From an uncultured Candidatus Saccharibacteria bacterium (lineage in GTDB: Bacteria > Patescibacteriota > Minisyncoccia > Phycocordibacterales > UBA6899), in the NCBI GenBank assembly GCA_964469335.1, contig CAYXYK010000001.1, positions 142,501-206,500 on the forward strand: DNA of 64,000 nucleotides, read 5' to 3'. The translations under genes were made by a program, and so were the position numbers. Below, piece by piece: positions 45,554 through 55,818 of this stretch. Each line of letters starts with the position of its first letter. Within the stretch, counting starts at the first letter, position 1. The notes beneath the pieces were generated by a model, which was not told the origin of the DNA, did not search any database, and was given only the letters and a program-made list of their open reading frames with translations.

Positions 45554-46084
45554 ATGTCAGGACACAGTAAATGGGCGCAAATCAAAAGACAGAAAGGGGC
45601 TGAGGATGCGAAGAAATCAAAACTATTCGGTAAGCTCGGAAGTCTCATCGCCTCTGAATCACGCAAATCAAAAGGAGACACTTCAGCTCCGGGACTTCGC
45701 ACCATCATAGAGAAAGCGAAGAAAGAGAATATGCCGAAAGATACCATCGAGCGTGCCGTCAAAAAAGGCATGGGTGGAGAAGCGGACGCGATGGAAGAGC
45801 TGACCTACGAAGCATACGGTCCAGGAGGCTGCGCACTGATCATTGAGTCGTTCACAGGAAACAGGAACAAAGCTGCGCAAGAAATTAAATTCATCCTATC
45901 AAAGAATGGGGGCTCGCTTGCCGCTCAGGGTGCCGCATCATGGGCGTTCACAAAAAATGAAGACGGATGGGAACCTGCCAATACGACCCCACTTTCTGAC
46001 GAGGATGGGGCGCAGCTCTCCACGCTCATCGAAGAGCTTGAAGCGAACGACGAGGTGCAGGATGTTTACACGAACGCTGATTAA
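45554..46084 (+). CDS. YebC/PmpR-family transcriptional regulator (truncated type)
   Basis: MSGHSKWAQIKRQKG. Confidence 0.85.
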   Translation: MSGHSKWAQIKRQKGAEDAKKSKLFGKLGSLIASESRKSKGDTSAPGLRTIIEKAKKENMPKDTIERAVKKGMGGEADAMEELTYEAYGPGGCALIIESFTGNRNKAAQEIKFILSKNGGSLAAQGAASWAFTKNEDGWEPANTTPLSDEDGAQLSTLIEELEANDEVQDVYTNAD

Positions 46085-46087
46085 CTC

Positions 46088-46579
46088 ATGCGGGTACTCG
46101 CGATTGACCCTGGATTCGGACGCTGTGGTGTTGCTCTCCTCGACGGAGACGCATCATCGGCGCACATTATCCATTCGGATACGATCAAAACAGACGCGAA
46201 GTCGGAATTCATCGACCGGCTACTCGTGATAGCCGAAACAATCTCCGATTTGATCGAGACACACAAGCCTGAGCTAGTCGCCATCGAAGAATTATTCTTC
46301 AGCAACAATCAAAAAACGGTTTTCCATGTTGCGGAAGTACGTGGGGTACTGATGTATCTCGCGGTCTCTCGCCATATTCCCCTTGTTGAGTACAATCCGC
46401 TTGCTATAAAGATCGCGCTTACCGGACATGGTCGTGCCACCAAACAAGAAGTGATGAAGATGGTCACACGATTGACTGATCTTACTAAGACACCGAGACA
46501 CGATGATGAATATGATGCGATAGCCCTTGGTATCACCGCACTTGCCGGTGCTAGAAGTATGGCTATACGGGGCCGTTAA
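46088..46579 (+). CDS. ruvC: Crossover junction endodeoxyribonuclease RuvC
   Basis: MRVLAIDPGFGRCGVAL...AIEELFF. Confidence 0.85.
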   Translation: MRVLAIDPGFGRCGVALLDGDASSAHIIHSDTIKTDAKSEFIDRLLVIAETISDLIETHKPELVAIEELFFSNNQKTVFHVAEVRGVLMYLAVSRHIPLVEYNPLAIKIALTGHGRATKQEVMKMVTRLTDLTKTPRHDDEYDAIALGITALAGARSMAIRGR

Positions 46580-46771
46580 ATAAAGTTTTCCACATATTAT
46601 TTTCGCCCTCTTGCGAAGCATCTTGTCGCGTGATACATATTGGGTAATGTTTGATTCGATCACCTTTCAAACATTTGTTCACAGGAAGGGCTAGGATAGT
46701 AAGCATGCCCCCGTAAACATTCGACGGAAAACATATCGTTAAATAATTAGATTATAAAAAATTGATCAATC

Positions 46772-46966
46772 ATGGGAGATGACTTAATTGCAGGAGGAAT
46801 ATTACCTGTCGACGATACCTCGTCAGACGAAAAAGAGTTCGACCCTGACGCTCTTGAGAGTGATGATCTTCTTGATGATTTTATTGAGGATCCACTTCTC
46901 TCCGAAGAGCTTGCCCTAGGAGATGAAGATGATGAGGAATCACCTTTTGCAGACGAAATGGAGTAG
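46772..46966 (+). CDS. Small highly acidic protein (64 aa, about 40 percent Asp/Glu)
   Basis: MGDDLIAGGILPVDDTSSDEKEFDPDALESDDLLDDFIEDPLLSEELALGDEDDEESPFADEME. Confidence 0.35.
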   Translation: MGDDLIAGGILPVDDTSSDEKEFDPDALESDDLLDDFIEDPLLSEELALGDEDDEESPFADEME

Positions 46967-47034
46967 GAATTATCGCCATCATCAAAAAAACAAAGAACAC
47001 CGCGAGAAAACGCGGTGTTCTTTGTTAATGAGCA

Positions 47035-48489
47035 CTAAACGATGATTCTCACAAAACGATGTTTTCCGATCTTAAGGGTCGTTGTCTTGTCGATCTTAGA
47101 AAACGGGTCTGTCACTTTATGTTCACCATCAATACGTATTGCCCCTTCATCTACTAGTCGCCGAAACTCGCTTTTTGATCCTACCTGCTCAGCATCAAGC
47201 AATGCGTCTGCAAGCAGAACGCCCTTTTCCGCTTTGTACTCAGGAATATCTTCCGGGAGAGCTTTGTTTTGAAACGTCTCGATAAATGTCTTTCGTGCAG
47301 ATTCTCCACTCGCTCTACCGTGATATATCTCAACAATCTGCTGCGCGAGCTGCATTTTTACATCCTTTGGATGGGATTTCCCAGTTGTCATGTCAGACAT
47401 AATCTTTGTCACCTCGTCCATCGGTGTGAAGGTGCATAATTCAAAATAACCAGGCAGCAATGCGTCAGGAAGACTCATAATCTTTCCAAACATATCTGTG
47501 GGGGTATCAGTGACGGCGATGTAGTTATCTAGTGATTTTGACATTTTCTCCTTTCCATCAGTCCCCACCAGAAGCGTAAATGAGAGAATCGCTTGAGGTT
47601 CTTTTCCGGTCATTTCCATGACTTTTCTTCCCATCAATAAATTGAAGGTTTGATCAGTACCGCCGACCTCAAGATCACATGAACCATAGATAAGTGCGAT
47701 GAGCTCTGAATCAATTCCTTGAGCGACCGGATACAACATCTCATGCATATAGAGCGGGGTGTTTGAATTGACTCGCTCTTGGAACATATCTCGTTCGAGA
47801 AGTTGTGCGTTCGTGATCTTCCTAAGCACCGACAATAGATTTACCACAGAAACAGTGTGGGTTGTTTTTCTCCCAAGGAAGGTTTTCTGCATTCGTGTAT
47901 TTTCAAACACTGCTGCCTTTGCGACAAACGAAGTACTCGGCACCTCAAGGAGATTTCCGGTCACTTCATCTTTAATCGTAAGTGCATTCTTACTTGCGCC
48001 TTCGACACTAATATCTGTCACATTGAAGAACCAGTCTGAGTTTCTACTCCAACTGAACAGGGGGCTATCGATGATCACTCCTTTCTCATCTCGCTCAACA
48101 AGAAGAATCTTGTCTACTTGTTCAAGATATGTCGCCATATTCTTTGCGACAGTCTCAAAATCTACTTCCGGTCGCACCTTGCTTTTCCCTGTCGGATCAC
48201 CGATAAGAGTTGTGAAATCTCCGATAAGAAAGACGATCTTACAACCCAGATCCTGCATTTGTCTTAGTTTTCGTAATACTACCGCATGTCCTAAGTGAAT
48301 ATCCGGCCTTGTGGGGTCCATTCCAAATTTGACGATGATGTCCTTCGTGTACTCACCTTTTGCTTTCGCAATAAGCTTTTTTCTGAACGAGCCGTCCGGA
48401 TCGACAAAGGTGCCGACCCCCCTTCCAAGTATCTCTGAAATGAGGCTTTCCGCCTCTTGTTCCGTCATTTTCTTTCCCATAAAGTTCAT
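47035..48489 (-). CDS. tyrS: Tyrosyl-tRNA synthetase (with insertion; C-terminal S4 domain)
   Basis: HIGH-like PDIHLGHAV; KMSKS; C-terminal S4-like FRRLVDEGAIRIDGEHKV. Confidence 0.85.
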   Translation of the reverse strand: MNFMGKKMTEQEAESLISEILGRGVGTFVDPDGSFRKKLIAKAKGEYTKDIIVKFGMDPTRPDIHLGHAVVLRKLRQMQDLGCKIVFLIGDFTTLIGDPTGKSKVRPEVDFETVAKNMATYLEQVDKILLVERDEKGVIIDSPLFSWSRNSDWFFNVTDISVEGASKNALTIKDEVTGNLLEVPSTSFVAKAAVFENTRMQKTFLGRKTTHTVSVVNLLSVLRKITNAQLLERDMFQERVNSNTPLYMHEMLYPVAQGIDSELIALIYGSCDLEVGGTDQTFNLLMGRKVMEMTGKEPQAILSFTLLVGTDGKEKMSKSLDNYIAVTDTPTDMFGKIMSLPDALLPGYFELCTFTPMDEVTKIMSDMTTGKSHPKDVKMQLAQQIVEIYHGRASGESARKTFIETFQNKALPEDIPEYKAEKGVLLADALLDAEQVGSKSEFRRLVDEGAIRIDGEHKVTDPFSKIDKTTTLKIGKHRFVRIIV

Positions 48490-48556
48490 GCTAACACATC
48501 ATTTTTTCTTTGTCTTTTTGATGAGTTTTTATGCTAGTATAGAGAGAACTTTCTCT

Positions 48557-51091
48557 ATGAGTATCAGCACCCGTAAAAAGAAAAAGGGGGGAATGCTCCA
48601 TTATATCCAGTTGCTCGTCATCCTTTTCCTGGTCATGATGATCTTTTCTGCAAGTGCGTTTTTTATATGGGCGGCAACTGTCCAAATACCAGATTTCAGT
48701 CTTTTCGAGTCTAGAAAAGTGTCACAATCTACGAAACTCTATGATCGAACGGGGACAATCCTTCTTTATGATGTCCATAGGGATGTTCGTCGAACAATAG
48801 TCCCATTCGAATCGATAAGCCCTTATGTGAAGAACGCATCGGTTGCTATCGAAGATGATCAGTTCTACCAACACATCGGTATCCAACCAAAGGCAATCCT
48901 CCGAGCGGTCCTCGTGAATCTCCATCTTCGTGATGGCTATCTCGGACAAGGCGGATCAACAATCACACAGCAAGTCATCAAGAATGCCCTTTTGACCCAA
49001 GAAAAAACCCTGACCAGAAAAGTGAAGGAGTGGATCCTTGCGATCAAACTCGAACACATCATGAATAAAGAACAAATTCTCACTCTCTATTTAAACGAAG
49101 CACCCTACGGAGGAAACATCTACGGGATAGAGGAAGCGAGTATGTCCTTCTTTGGTAAACATGCAAATGATGTTGATCTCGCTGAATCGGCATATCTCGC
49201 CGCTCTTCCTCAGGCGCCTACCCTTTATTCTCCATATGGGAACAATGTTGATCGTCTTGAAGCTCGAAAGAATCTCGTACTTAAAAAGATGTTCGATCTA
49301 CAAATGATCACCGCTGGGGATTACGCTTCTGCGACAGAAGAAAAAGTTAAGTTCATCCCCCCACAACAGGGAGGAATAAAGGCCCCACATTTCGTTATGT
49401 TTATCAAAGAACAATTAGCGGAACGGTATGGTGAAGATGTACTCAATGAGGGAGGGTTGAAGGTCATTACGACACTCGATATGGGATTGCAAAAAAAAGC
49501 GGAAGACGTGGTGAAACAGTACGGGCCACAGAACGAGAAGCAGTTCAACGCAAAAAACGCATCGATGGTAGCGATAGACCCAAAAACCGGACAAATACTC
49601 ATGATGGTCGGTTCCCGTGATTATTTCGATACCGCCCGTGATGGCAACTACAATATCGCACTCGCAAAACGCCAACCAGGTTCTTCTTTCAAACCTTTCG
49701 TATATGCAGCAGCATTTGAAAAGGGGTACACACCAGATACGGTGGTGTTCGACAGTCCCACACAATTTTCCACACGCTGTGATCCTTTCGGTAACCCTCT
49801 CCCAGGGTCAAATGCCTCAATGTGTTATATGCCGGAAAATTATGATCATATTTACAGGGGGCCAACATCACTTCGCAATGCTCTCGCGCAGTCAATCAAT
49901 GTCCCTGCAGTAAAGATGCTTTATTTGGTCGGACTTGATAGTGCTATCGATATGGCACAACGTCTCGGTATCACAAGCCTAAAAGATAAATCCAGATACG
50001 GACTTACTCTTGTTTTAGGAGGAGGAGAAGTATCATTACTTGAAATGACCAGTGCTTATGGTGTATTCGCGAATGATGGTAAACGTAACCCTTATACGGG
50101 AATTATTAAAATTGAAGACACTCAAGGACAAACTGTTTATGAGTACACCCAAAGAGAAACTCAAGTCATTGAGCCAGAAATCGCAAGAAATATCTCTGAT
50201 GTATTATCTGATAATTCTGCTCGAGCACCTGCTTTCGGAGAGAATTCATTCTTAAAAGTAGCTGATCGAGAAGTTGCTGTAAAAACAGGAACTACGAACG
50301 ATTACCGTGACGCATGGATCATTGGATATACCCCATCACTCGCAGTTGGGGCATGGGCTGGAAATAACGATAATAGTCCTATGCAGAAGAAGGTCGCAGG
50401 TTTCATTATTGCACCACTTTGGAATGCATTTTTTAGCAGCGCTTCAACATCGATGATCACTGAACAATTTCCTTCACCACAACCCACACCAAAGAATCTG
50501 AAGCCTGCACTCCGAGGGGTGTGGTATGGCGGCGAGGTATATCATGTTGATAAAGTTTCAGGAAAGCTTGCAACAGAATTCACTCCTGGAGATATGATCG
50601 AGGACCGGGTAGTTCCTAATCCACACGAAATACTCTATTGGGTGAATAAAAATGATCCCACTGGTCCTATTCCTCAAAACCCATATAGTGACCCACAATT
50701 TCTACTATGGGAGATACCTGCCGAAAAATGGATTGTTGAGAACGGATTACCTCAAAGTGCTCAAACAATCATTCCTCAAGGTACAGACGATATCCATCGG
50801 CCAGAATTAGCGCCAGTGATAACCATCATCAATCCAAATTCAACATCGACATACCAAGTCGACCAAAAATTGATCATCAATACTGATGTTCACAGTACAT
50901 TCGCTATCACCCACGTAGACCTCTATTTCAATAATACTTTCGTCGGGTCAACACAGTTCGCTCCATATGAATTTTCATTCATACCCTCTCAAGTCGGCGT
51001 ACAAAGTGATGTAAATGAAATTCGACTGACTGCCTACGATGCGGTCGGTAATATTGTCAACACATCAATGCGTATCGTTTTCACTCAATAA
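48557..51091 (+). CDS. Class A penicillin-binding protein (transglycosylase plus transpeptidase) with C-terminal extension
   Basis: GT51 motifs EDDQFYQHIG and GGSTITQQ; transpeptidase SSFKP and KTG; start trimmed to MSISTRKK. Confidence 0.85.
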   Translation: MSISTRKKKKGGMLHYIQLLVILFLVMMIFSASAFFIWAATVQIPDFSLFESRKVSQSTKLYDRTGTILLYDVHRDVRRTIVPFESISPYVKNASVAIEDDQFYQHIGIQPKAILRAVLVNLHLRDGYLGQGGSTITQQVIKNALLTQEKTLTRKVKEWILAIKLEHIMNKEQILTLYLNEAPYGGNIYGIEEASMSFFGKHANDVDLAESAYLAALPQAPTLYSPYGNNVDRLEARKNLVLKKMFDLQMITAGDYASATEEKVKFIPPQQGGIKAPHFVMFIKEQLAERYGEDVLNEGGLKVITTLDMGLQKKAEDVVKQYGPQNEKQFNAKNASMVAIDPKTGQILMMVGSRDYFDTARDGNYNIALAKRQPGSSFKPFVYAAAFEKGYTPDTVVFDSPTQFSTRCDPFGNPLPGSNASMCYMPENYDHIYRGPTSLRNALAQSINVPAVKMLYLVGLDSAIDMAQRLGITSLKDKSRYGLTLVLGGGEVSLLEMTSAYGVFANDGKRNPYTGIIKIEDTQGQTVYEYTQRETQVIEPEIARNISDVLSDNSARAPAFGENSFLKVADREVAVKTGTTNDYRDAWIIGYTPSLAVGAWAGNNDNSPMQKKVAGFIIAPLWNAFFSSASTSMITEQFPSPQPTPKNLKPALRGVWYGGEVYHVDKVSGKLATEFTPGDMIEDRVVPNPHEILYWVNKNDPTGPIPQNPYSDPQFLLWEIPAEKWIVENGLPQSAQTIIPQGTDDIHRPELAPVITIINPNSTSTYQVDQKLIINTDVHSTFAITHVDLYFNNTFVGSTQFAPYEFSFIPSQVGVQSDVNEIRLTAYDAVGNIVNTSMRIVFTQ

Positions 51092-51352
51092 TCAGCGTAT
51101 CTCAGATATTTTCTGAAGGTTTCCATCATTCAATGTTTCAATGATTTTCTTTTTATAAAGGAAGATTTGGTTTTTCTTTATAGGAGAAGTGAGGAGAATT
51201 ATTTCTCCTCTTTCTATTTTATATTCATTATTCTTGAGTGTGACACCACTGATATTCTTTATGATTTGAGAGATCTCCTCACGTATCAGATCAGACCGAA
51301 GAAGTGTTTTTTTATATCGTTCAAGAAAATCCTTAATCCCTTTTAATTCCAT
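51092..51352 (-). CDS. Small DUF721-like protein downstream of dnaN
   Basis: Position and size only. Confidence 0.35.
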   Translation of the reverse strand: MELKGIKDFLERYKKTLLRSDLIREEISQIIKNISGVTLKNNEYKIERGEIILLTSPIKKNQIFLYKKKIIETLNDGNLQKISEIR

Positions 51353-51354
51353 AT

Positions 51355-52455
51355 TTAGCCTTTCATCGGCATCACAAGGTAAGTGAATGAATGATCACCG
51401 ATCCCTTTTATAATCAATGGTTTTCCATTTCCATTCGCATAAAGTGCAATACTATCTGTTGTAAGGTATGAAAGCACATCCATTATAAAACGTTGATTCA
51501 AAAGAAATTCAACTGGGTCACCTTTCAGTGTTGCTTCAATCTGTTGTGTTGTTTCCCCAATATCATCATTCCGTGATTCGATCTCAAGAAGTTTATCTTG
51601 TGGGTATATTTTTAGACGAATTTGTTGTAATTTACCCGAAAAAACTGTGGTAAGTTTCAATCGATCAATGAAATCCTGCCGTAATAGGACCACTTCGGTC
51701 GTGTGTTGTTTTGGGATTATTTGTTTATAGTCCGGAAATACCCCATCGATCAGACGAGAGGTGATATGGATCTGGTCGGTCTTAAAAGAAATCTGATTCT
51801 TAGTCGTAGTAATAATCACCTTTCCAGATGTATTCTCAAGAGCCCTAATTAACTCTGAAACATTCTTCCAGGGAATGAGTATCGAGAACTGTTCGGTAAT
51901 ATTCTTTGTTGGGATAAGTTTCTCAGAAAGACGCGATGAATCAGTGGCAACCATGACCATTCCTTGGTCGCTAGAGTAGCAGTAGACGCTAGAAAACTCA
52001 GGTTTGATGTCTGATACCGCTGCGGCGAATTGAGTGGCTTTAAATCCAGAAATGAGCGTTTTAATATCCATCTCAAAAACTATTCCCTTAGTCACAAATG
52101 GAAGTGTTGGAAAATCCTCATATCCAAAACCCTTAATAAGAGTTGAATACGACGATCCGGTGATAGTTAGATGCTCACCAATCTGTTCAATTATGATATT
52201 TTTTTCTTGAGGAAGATTTGAGAGGAAACTCCCAAGTATATCTGCTGGGATCGCTATAACACCTTCTTTTTCTATCTTAGCAGGGATCTCAATCTCAATA
52301 CCGAGATCGAGATTTGTCGCACGAAGTTTTAATGCTTTCTCTGAGGCAATAAATAGTACATATCGAAGTACAGGTAATGAAAGTTGTTTACCAGTGAATC
52401 GTTCAGCAGTAAGAAGTGCGTCTTTGAGATTGAGTTTTACACATTCAACTTTCAT
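51355..52455 (-). CDS. dnaN: DNA polymerase III beta sliding clamp
   Basis: Three-domain beta clamp; MKVECVKLNLKDAL N-terminus. Confidence 0.9.
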   Translation of the reverse strand: MKVECVKLNLKDALLTAERFTGKQLSLPVLRYVLFIASEKALKLRATNLDLGIEIEIPAKIEKEGVIAIPADILGSFLSNLPQEKNIIIEQIGEHLTITGSSYSTLIKGFGYEDFPTLPFVTKGIVFEMDIKTLISGFKATQFAAAVSDIKPEFSSVYCYSSDQGMVMVATDSSRLSEKLIPTKNITEQFSILIPWKNVSELIRALENTSGKVIITTTKNQISFKTDQIHITSRLIDGVFPDYKQIIPKQHTTEVVLLRQDFIDRLKLTTVFSGKLQQIRLKIYPQDKLLEIESRNDDIGETTQQIEATLKGDPVEFLLNQRFIMDVLSYLTTDSIALYANGNGKPLIIKGIGDHSFTYLVMPMKG

Positions 52456-52690
52456 ATTCTCTATATTAATACTAGTTATATCTATTACTCCTGTGGATAT
52501 GTGGATGAAGTGATTTTCATGAAGTAAGAATTCATTACTTCACTCAATTACCGACTGTGTATATTGTGAAGATATCTTCATTTATCCACAGTAGCGATCG
52601 AGTATTATATTCTATCCACATCTCACCCACACACTAACACTGACATTACTCACAGTTTATCTCTATCTATCCACACACTTTTTAACATCT
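52456..52690. promoter_or_regulatory. Putative oriC: DnaA-box cluster in the dnaA-dnaN intergenic region
   Basis: At least five TTATCCACA-like 9-mers: TGTGGATAT 52492, GTGGATGAA 52501, TTATCCACA 52582, CTATCCACA 52612, CTATCCACA 52667. AT-rich. Confidence 0.6.
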
Positions 52691-54040
52691 TTAGAACAAT
52701 GCACGGATCTGTTCTATCTCCTGCATTAATAATGAGTCGGATTTAATATCAACTTTTATCTTTTCACATGAATGGATAACAGTCGTGTGGTCACGTCCTC
52801 CAAGTTTTTGACCAATAAGCGGATAAGAAATATTGAAATCCTCACGAAGTATATACATCAATACTTGTCGAGGTTTCACCACTTCCTTCCTTCGGGTCTT
52901 TTCATAAATGAAACGCTCATCGATGTTATAAAAACTCGTCACTGTTTTAACGATATCTTTTATCGACACCGGTTTTGTCGGTTTTGCGTTGTTCTTTATA
53001 AGGGTCTTCACTTCATTAAGTGAAAGTACCTTATTTTTCAGTTGAGCTTGGCAGACAACAAGATTTAACGTTCCCTCTAATTCACGGATACTCGCCTGAA
53101 TAGTCTCAGCGATATATGAAACAATCTCATCGGGAATTGAAATCTGTTGTTGCTTGAGTTTCTCATTCAAGATAGCTAAACGAGACTCATAATCAGGCAT
53201 GGTTATTTCAACAATCATCCCCGAACCAAATCGTGATTTCAATCTATCTTCAAGACCGTTGATGTAATTAGGGTGTTTATCAGATGAAAAGATGATCTGC
53301 TTATTGTTTTCATAAAGTGCGTTGTATAGATGAAATAATTCCTCCTGGGTCTTCTCCTTCCCTACAAGGAATTGAATATCATCCATAATAAGTACATCAT
53401 ATTTTCTGTATTTCTCTTTGAATTCACTTACTTTATTGTTCTGCAGTGAATTCACGTAGTCGGTCGAAAATTTCTCAGAACTCACATATTGGATCTTCTT
53501 ACTCGGATTCTGTTTTTTCACCCCATTACCTATGGATTGGATCAGGTGTGTCTTACCAAAACCCGTTGAACCATATATGAAAAGCGGGTTATACATGATA
53601 CCTGGCTTCTTTAATACTGCCTGAGCAGCGGCATATGCAAGTTCATTGAAAGGACCAATAACAAAAGAATCGAATACATATCTCGGATTTAAGCCGTCTT
53701 CTTTGCCAACATATACGTCTTGAAGCGGTAATTCTGCCCCAAAAACAGGGTAGTTTTCTTTTTTTGGTGATTGCTCAGATTTATCACCAGCGTCTTCTTT
53801 TGCGATGATGTATTCAACCCCTTTCACTTCAGCGGAAAGGTTCCGGAGGACACGGAGCACGGATGAGTTGTATTTATTGATGAGCCAGTCCCGAACAAAT
53901 TCGTTTTGGACACCGATATATACCGTCCCGGCATCTTGCTTCACGATCCTTGTGTTCTTAAACCAAGTACTAAAATTAGCTTTTGAGACCTCTAGTTCGA
54001 TATCCACCATGGCTTTCGCCCACAACTCTTTATTATCCAT
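52691..54040 (-). CDS. dnaA: Chromosomal replication initiator DnaA
   Basis: Walker A GSTGFGKTHL; sensor motifs; C-terminal DnaA-box-binding domain. Confidence 0.9.
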   Translation of the reverse strand: MDNKELWAKAMVDIELEVSKANFSTWFKNTRIVKQDAGTVYIGVQNEFVRDWLINKYNSSVLRVLRNLSAEVKGVEYIIAKEDAGDKSEQSPKKENYPVFGAELPLQDVYVGKEDGLNPRYVFDSFVIGPFNELAYAAAQAVLKKPGIMYNPLFIYGSTGFGKTHLIQSIGNGVKKQNPSKKIQYVSSEKFSTDYVNSLQNNKVSEFKEKYRKYDVLIMDDIQFLVGKEKTQEELFHLYNALYENNKQIIFSSDKHPNYINGLEDRLKSRFGSGMIVEITMPDYESRLAILNEKLKQQQISIPDEIVSYIAETIQASIRELEGTLNLVVCQAQLKNKVLSLNEVKTLIKNNAKPTKPVSIKDIVKTVTSFYNIDERFIYEKTRRKEVVKPRQVLMYILREDFNISYPLIGQKLGGRDHTTVIHSCEKIKVDIKSDSLLMQEIEQIRALF

Positions 54041-54215
54041 AAAAGATCCTCGTTGATTACATCAATAACTTATCGACCAATTATAACGAACAAGTTGAAC
54101 GCGGAGAAAAACAAAGAAATGTTCATAAGTAGTGTATAAACTGTGGACAACATTACAACACAACCAAACATCAGGCAACATTGAAAAAATAAAAATAGTA
54201 TTCTATACTGCGCGC

Positions 54216-54350
54216 ATGTCAGTCACATACCAACCAAAGAAGCGTAAGCGCGCAAAGACCCACGGCTTTCTTTCAAGAAAAAAGACCGCTAATGGTGCAA
54301 AGGTGATTAAGCGCCGCATCCAAAAAGGCAGAGCAAAGGTAGCAGTATAG
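54216..54350 (+). CDS. rpmH: 50S ribosomal protein L34
   Basis: [44 protein letters not shown]. Confidence 0.9.
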   Translation: MSVTYQPKKRKRAKTHGFLSRKKTANGAKVIKRRIQKGRAKVAV

Positions 54351-54468
54351 TCATTCTCTGACGTCTGTAGTCATTTGATCTTGTTATTCGAAGAGCACTA
54401 CCCACAGAGATACTGTGGGTAGCGCTCTTACATACTCCTGTATAAACGGTGCATTGTAGGGAAAAAAT

Positions 54469-54807
54469 ATGATCGAAAAAAAAAGAAGAATATCAAGATC
54501 ATTGATCAAAACGATATCTGGGAGGAGATCAGTGCTGCGTGGTAATTTCATCACCATGACACATTATCAGGATAATTCCATCCCCCACTCGAGGTTTACT
54601 GTCGTTGTTTCAAAAAAAATAGCAAAGCTTGCCGTGGAACGAAACTCGATGAAAAGACGGGTATATGAAGCAGTACGTTCCCATGAAAAGTCGTTCGATG
54701 AAAAATTCAGGGGTATTATCGTGTTTTCTCTCAATAAAAAAGGCATACAAATCGACTCCAGTGATATTATGCGTGATATCAAATTTTTTCTCACTATTCC
54801 CCTATGA
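54469..54807 (+). CDS. rnpA: RNase P protein component
   Basis: Position after rpmH; RNR-like basic motif NSMKRRVYEAVR. Confidence 0.8.
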   Translation: MIEKKRRISRSLIKTISGRRSVLRGNFITMTHYQDNSIPHSRFTVVVSKKIAKLAVERNSMKRRVYEAVRSHEKSFDEKFRGIIVFSLNKKGIQIDSSDIMRDIKFFLTIPL

Positions 54808-55043
54808 TGAAAAAAACCATAATTTTTCTCATACGTTCATATCAGCGGTCAGTTTCCCCCGATCAAGGATTCTTCAGATTTTTCTATGTAAACAAGTATC
54901 AACACTGCCTGATGTATCCTAGCTGCTCCGAATATATGGTCATTTCAGTTGATAAATATGGCTCAGTGAGAGGGGTTTGGAAAGGAATACTTCGGATTTT
55001 TCGTTGCCACCCGTATCAGAAAGAATACATCGATATTCCGTAA
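54804..55043 (+). CDS. yidD: Membrane protein insertion efficiency factor YidD
   Basis: CRFHPSCSEY-like motif (YPSCSEY). Confidence 0.8.
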   Translation: MMKKTIIFLIRSYQRSVSPDQGFFRFFYVNKYQHCLMYPSCSEYMVISVDKYGSVRGVWKGILRIFRCHPYQKEYIDIP

Positions 55044-55083
55044 GGTTTTTGCATAAAATGCCCAATTCCATTAGGATTGATGA

Positions 55084-55812
55084 ATGATATCCACCTTGTG
55101 GCATACCGTCGTGTATCGCCCTCTCCACAACATACTTATCCTACTAGTCGGGATATTACCCGGTCACAGCGTCGGGTTGGCCATCATAGTATTAACGATC
55201 ATTGTAAGAGTTGCGCTCTTCCCCCTTACCGGCAAATCCATTCGTGCTCAAAAAGCCATGAAGGAGTTGGAACCGGAAATCAAGAAAATAAGAGAAAAAT
55301 ACAAGGACGACAAACAAGAGCAGGCAAAGAAAACCATGGAACTCTATCAAGAGAAAGGAGTGACTCCTTTTTCTGGTTGCCTTCCGCTTTTCATACAAAT
55401 ACCGATCATCATTGGTCTTTACATGGTATTCAAGGATATCCTTATCGTCGATGAAACACAGTTATATGGCTTCGTAACTCACCCAGGGGTGTTGGATATG
55501 CATTTCTTGATGTTTGACCTTGCCGCGAAAAGTGCAATCCTTGCAGCACTTGCGGGTATCACCCAATATTTCCAAGCAGATCTCTCGTTGGGAAGGCAGC
55601 CACTCTCGAATCCAGTTAAAGGTAGCACCCCCAGTTTCCAGGAGGATTTTGCTAGAAGCATGCAAATGCAAATGAGGTATGTGCTTCCAGTAATGATCAG
55701 TTTCATTGCTTTCAATGCTTCTGCTGCTGTTGCACTTTATTGGACTACGAGTAATATACTCAGTATCACACAAGAGCTTTTGATCCGTCGGAAGGCAAGT
55801 ACCAATAAGTGA
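55084..55812 (+). CDS. yidC: Membrane protein insertase YidC (short form)
   Basis: Conserved TM segments; synteny rpmH-rnpA-yidD-yidC-jag. Confidence 0.8.
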   Translation: MISTLWHTVVYRPLHNILILLVGILPGHSVGLAIIVLTIIVRVALFPLTGKSIRAQKAMKELEPEIKKIREKYKDDKQEQAKKTMELYQEKGVTPFSGCLPLFIQIPIIIGLYMVFKDILIVDETQLYGFVTHPGVLDMHFLMFDLAAKSAILAALAGITQYFQADLSLGRQPLSNPVKGSTPSFQEDFARSMQMQMRYVLPVMISFIAFNASAAVALYWTTSNILSITQELLIRRKASTNK

Positions 55813-55818
55813 CCAAAT

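Noticed and set aside
48311-48556. Upstream 82 codons of the PBP ORF
   Set aside because: The extension overlaps the tyrS start region on the opposite strand and has no signal or TM logic. The TM anchor begins after MSISTRKK, so the start was set at 48557.
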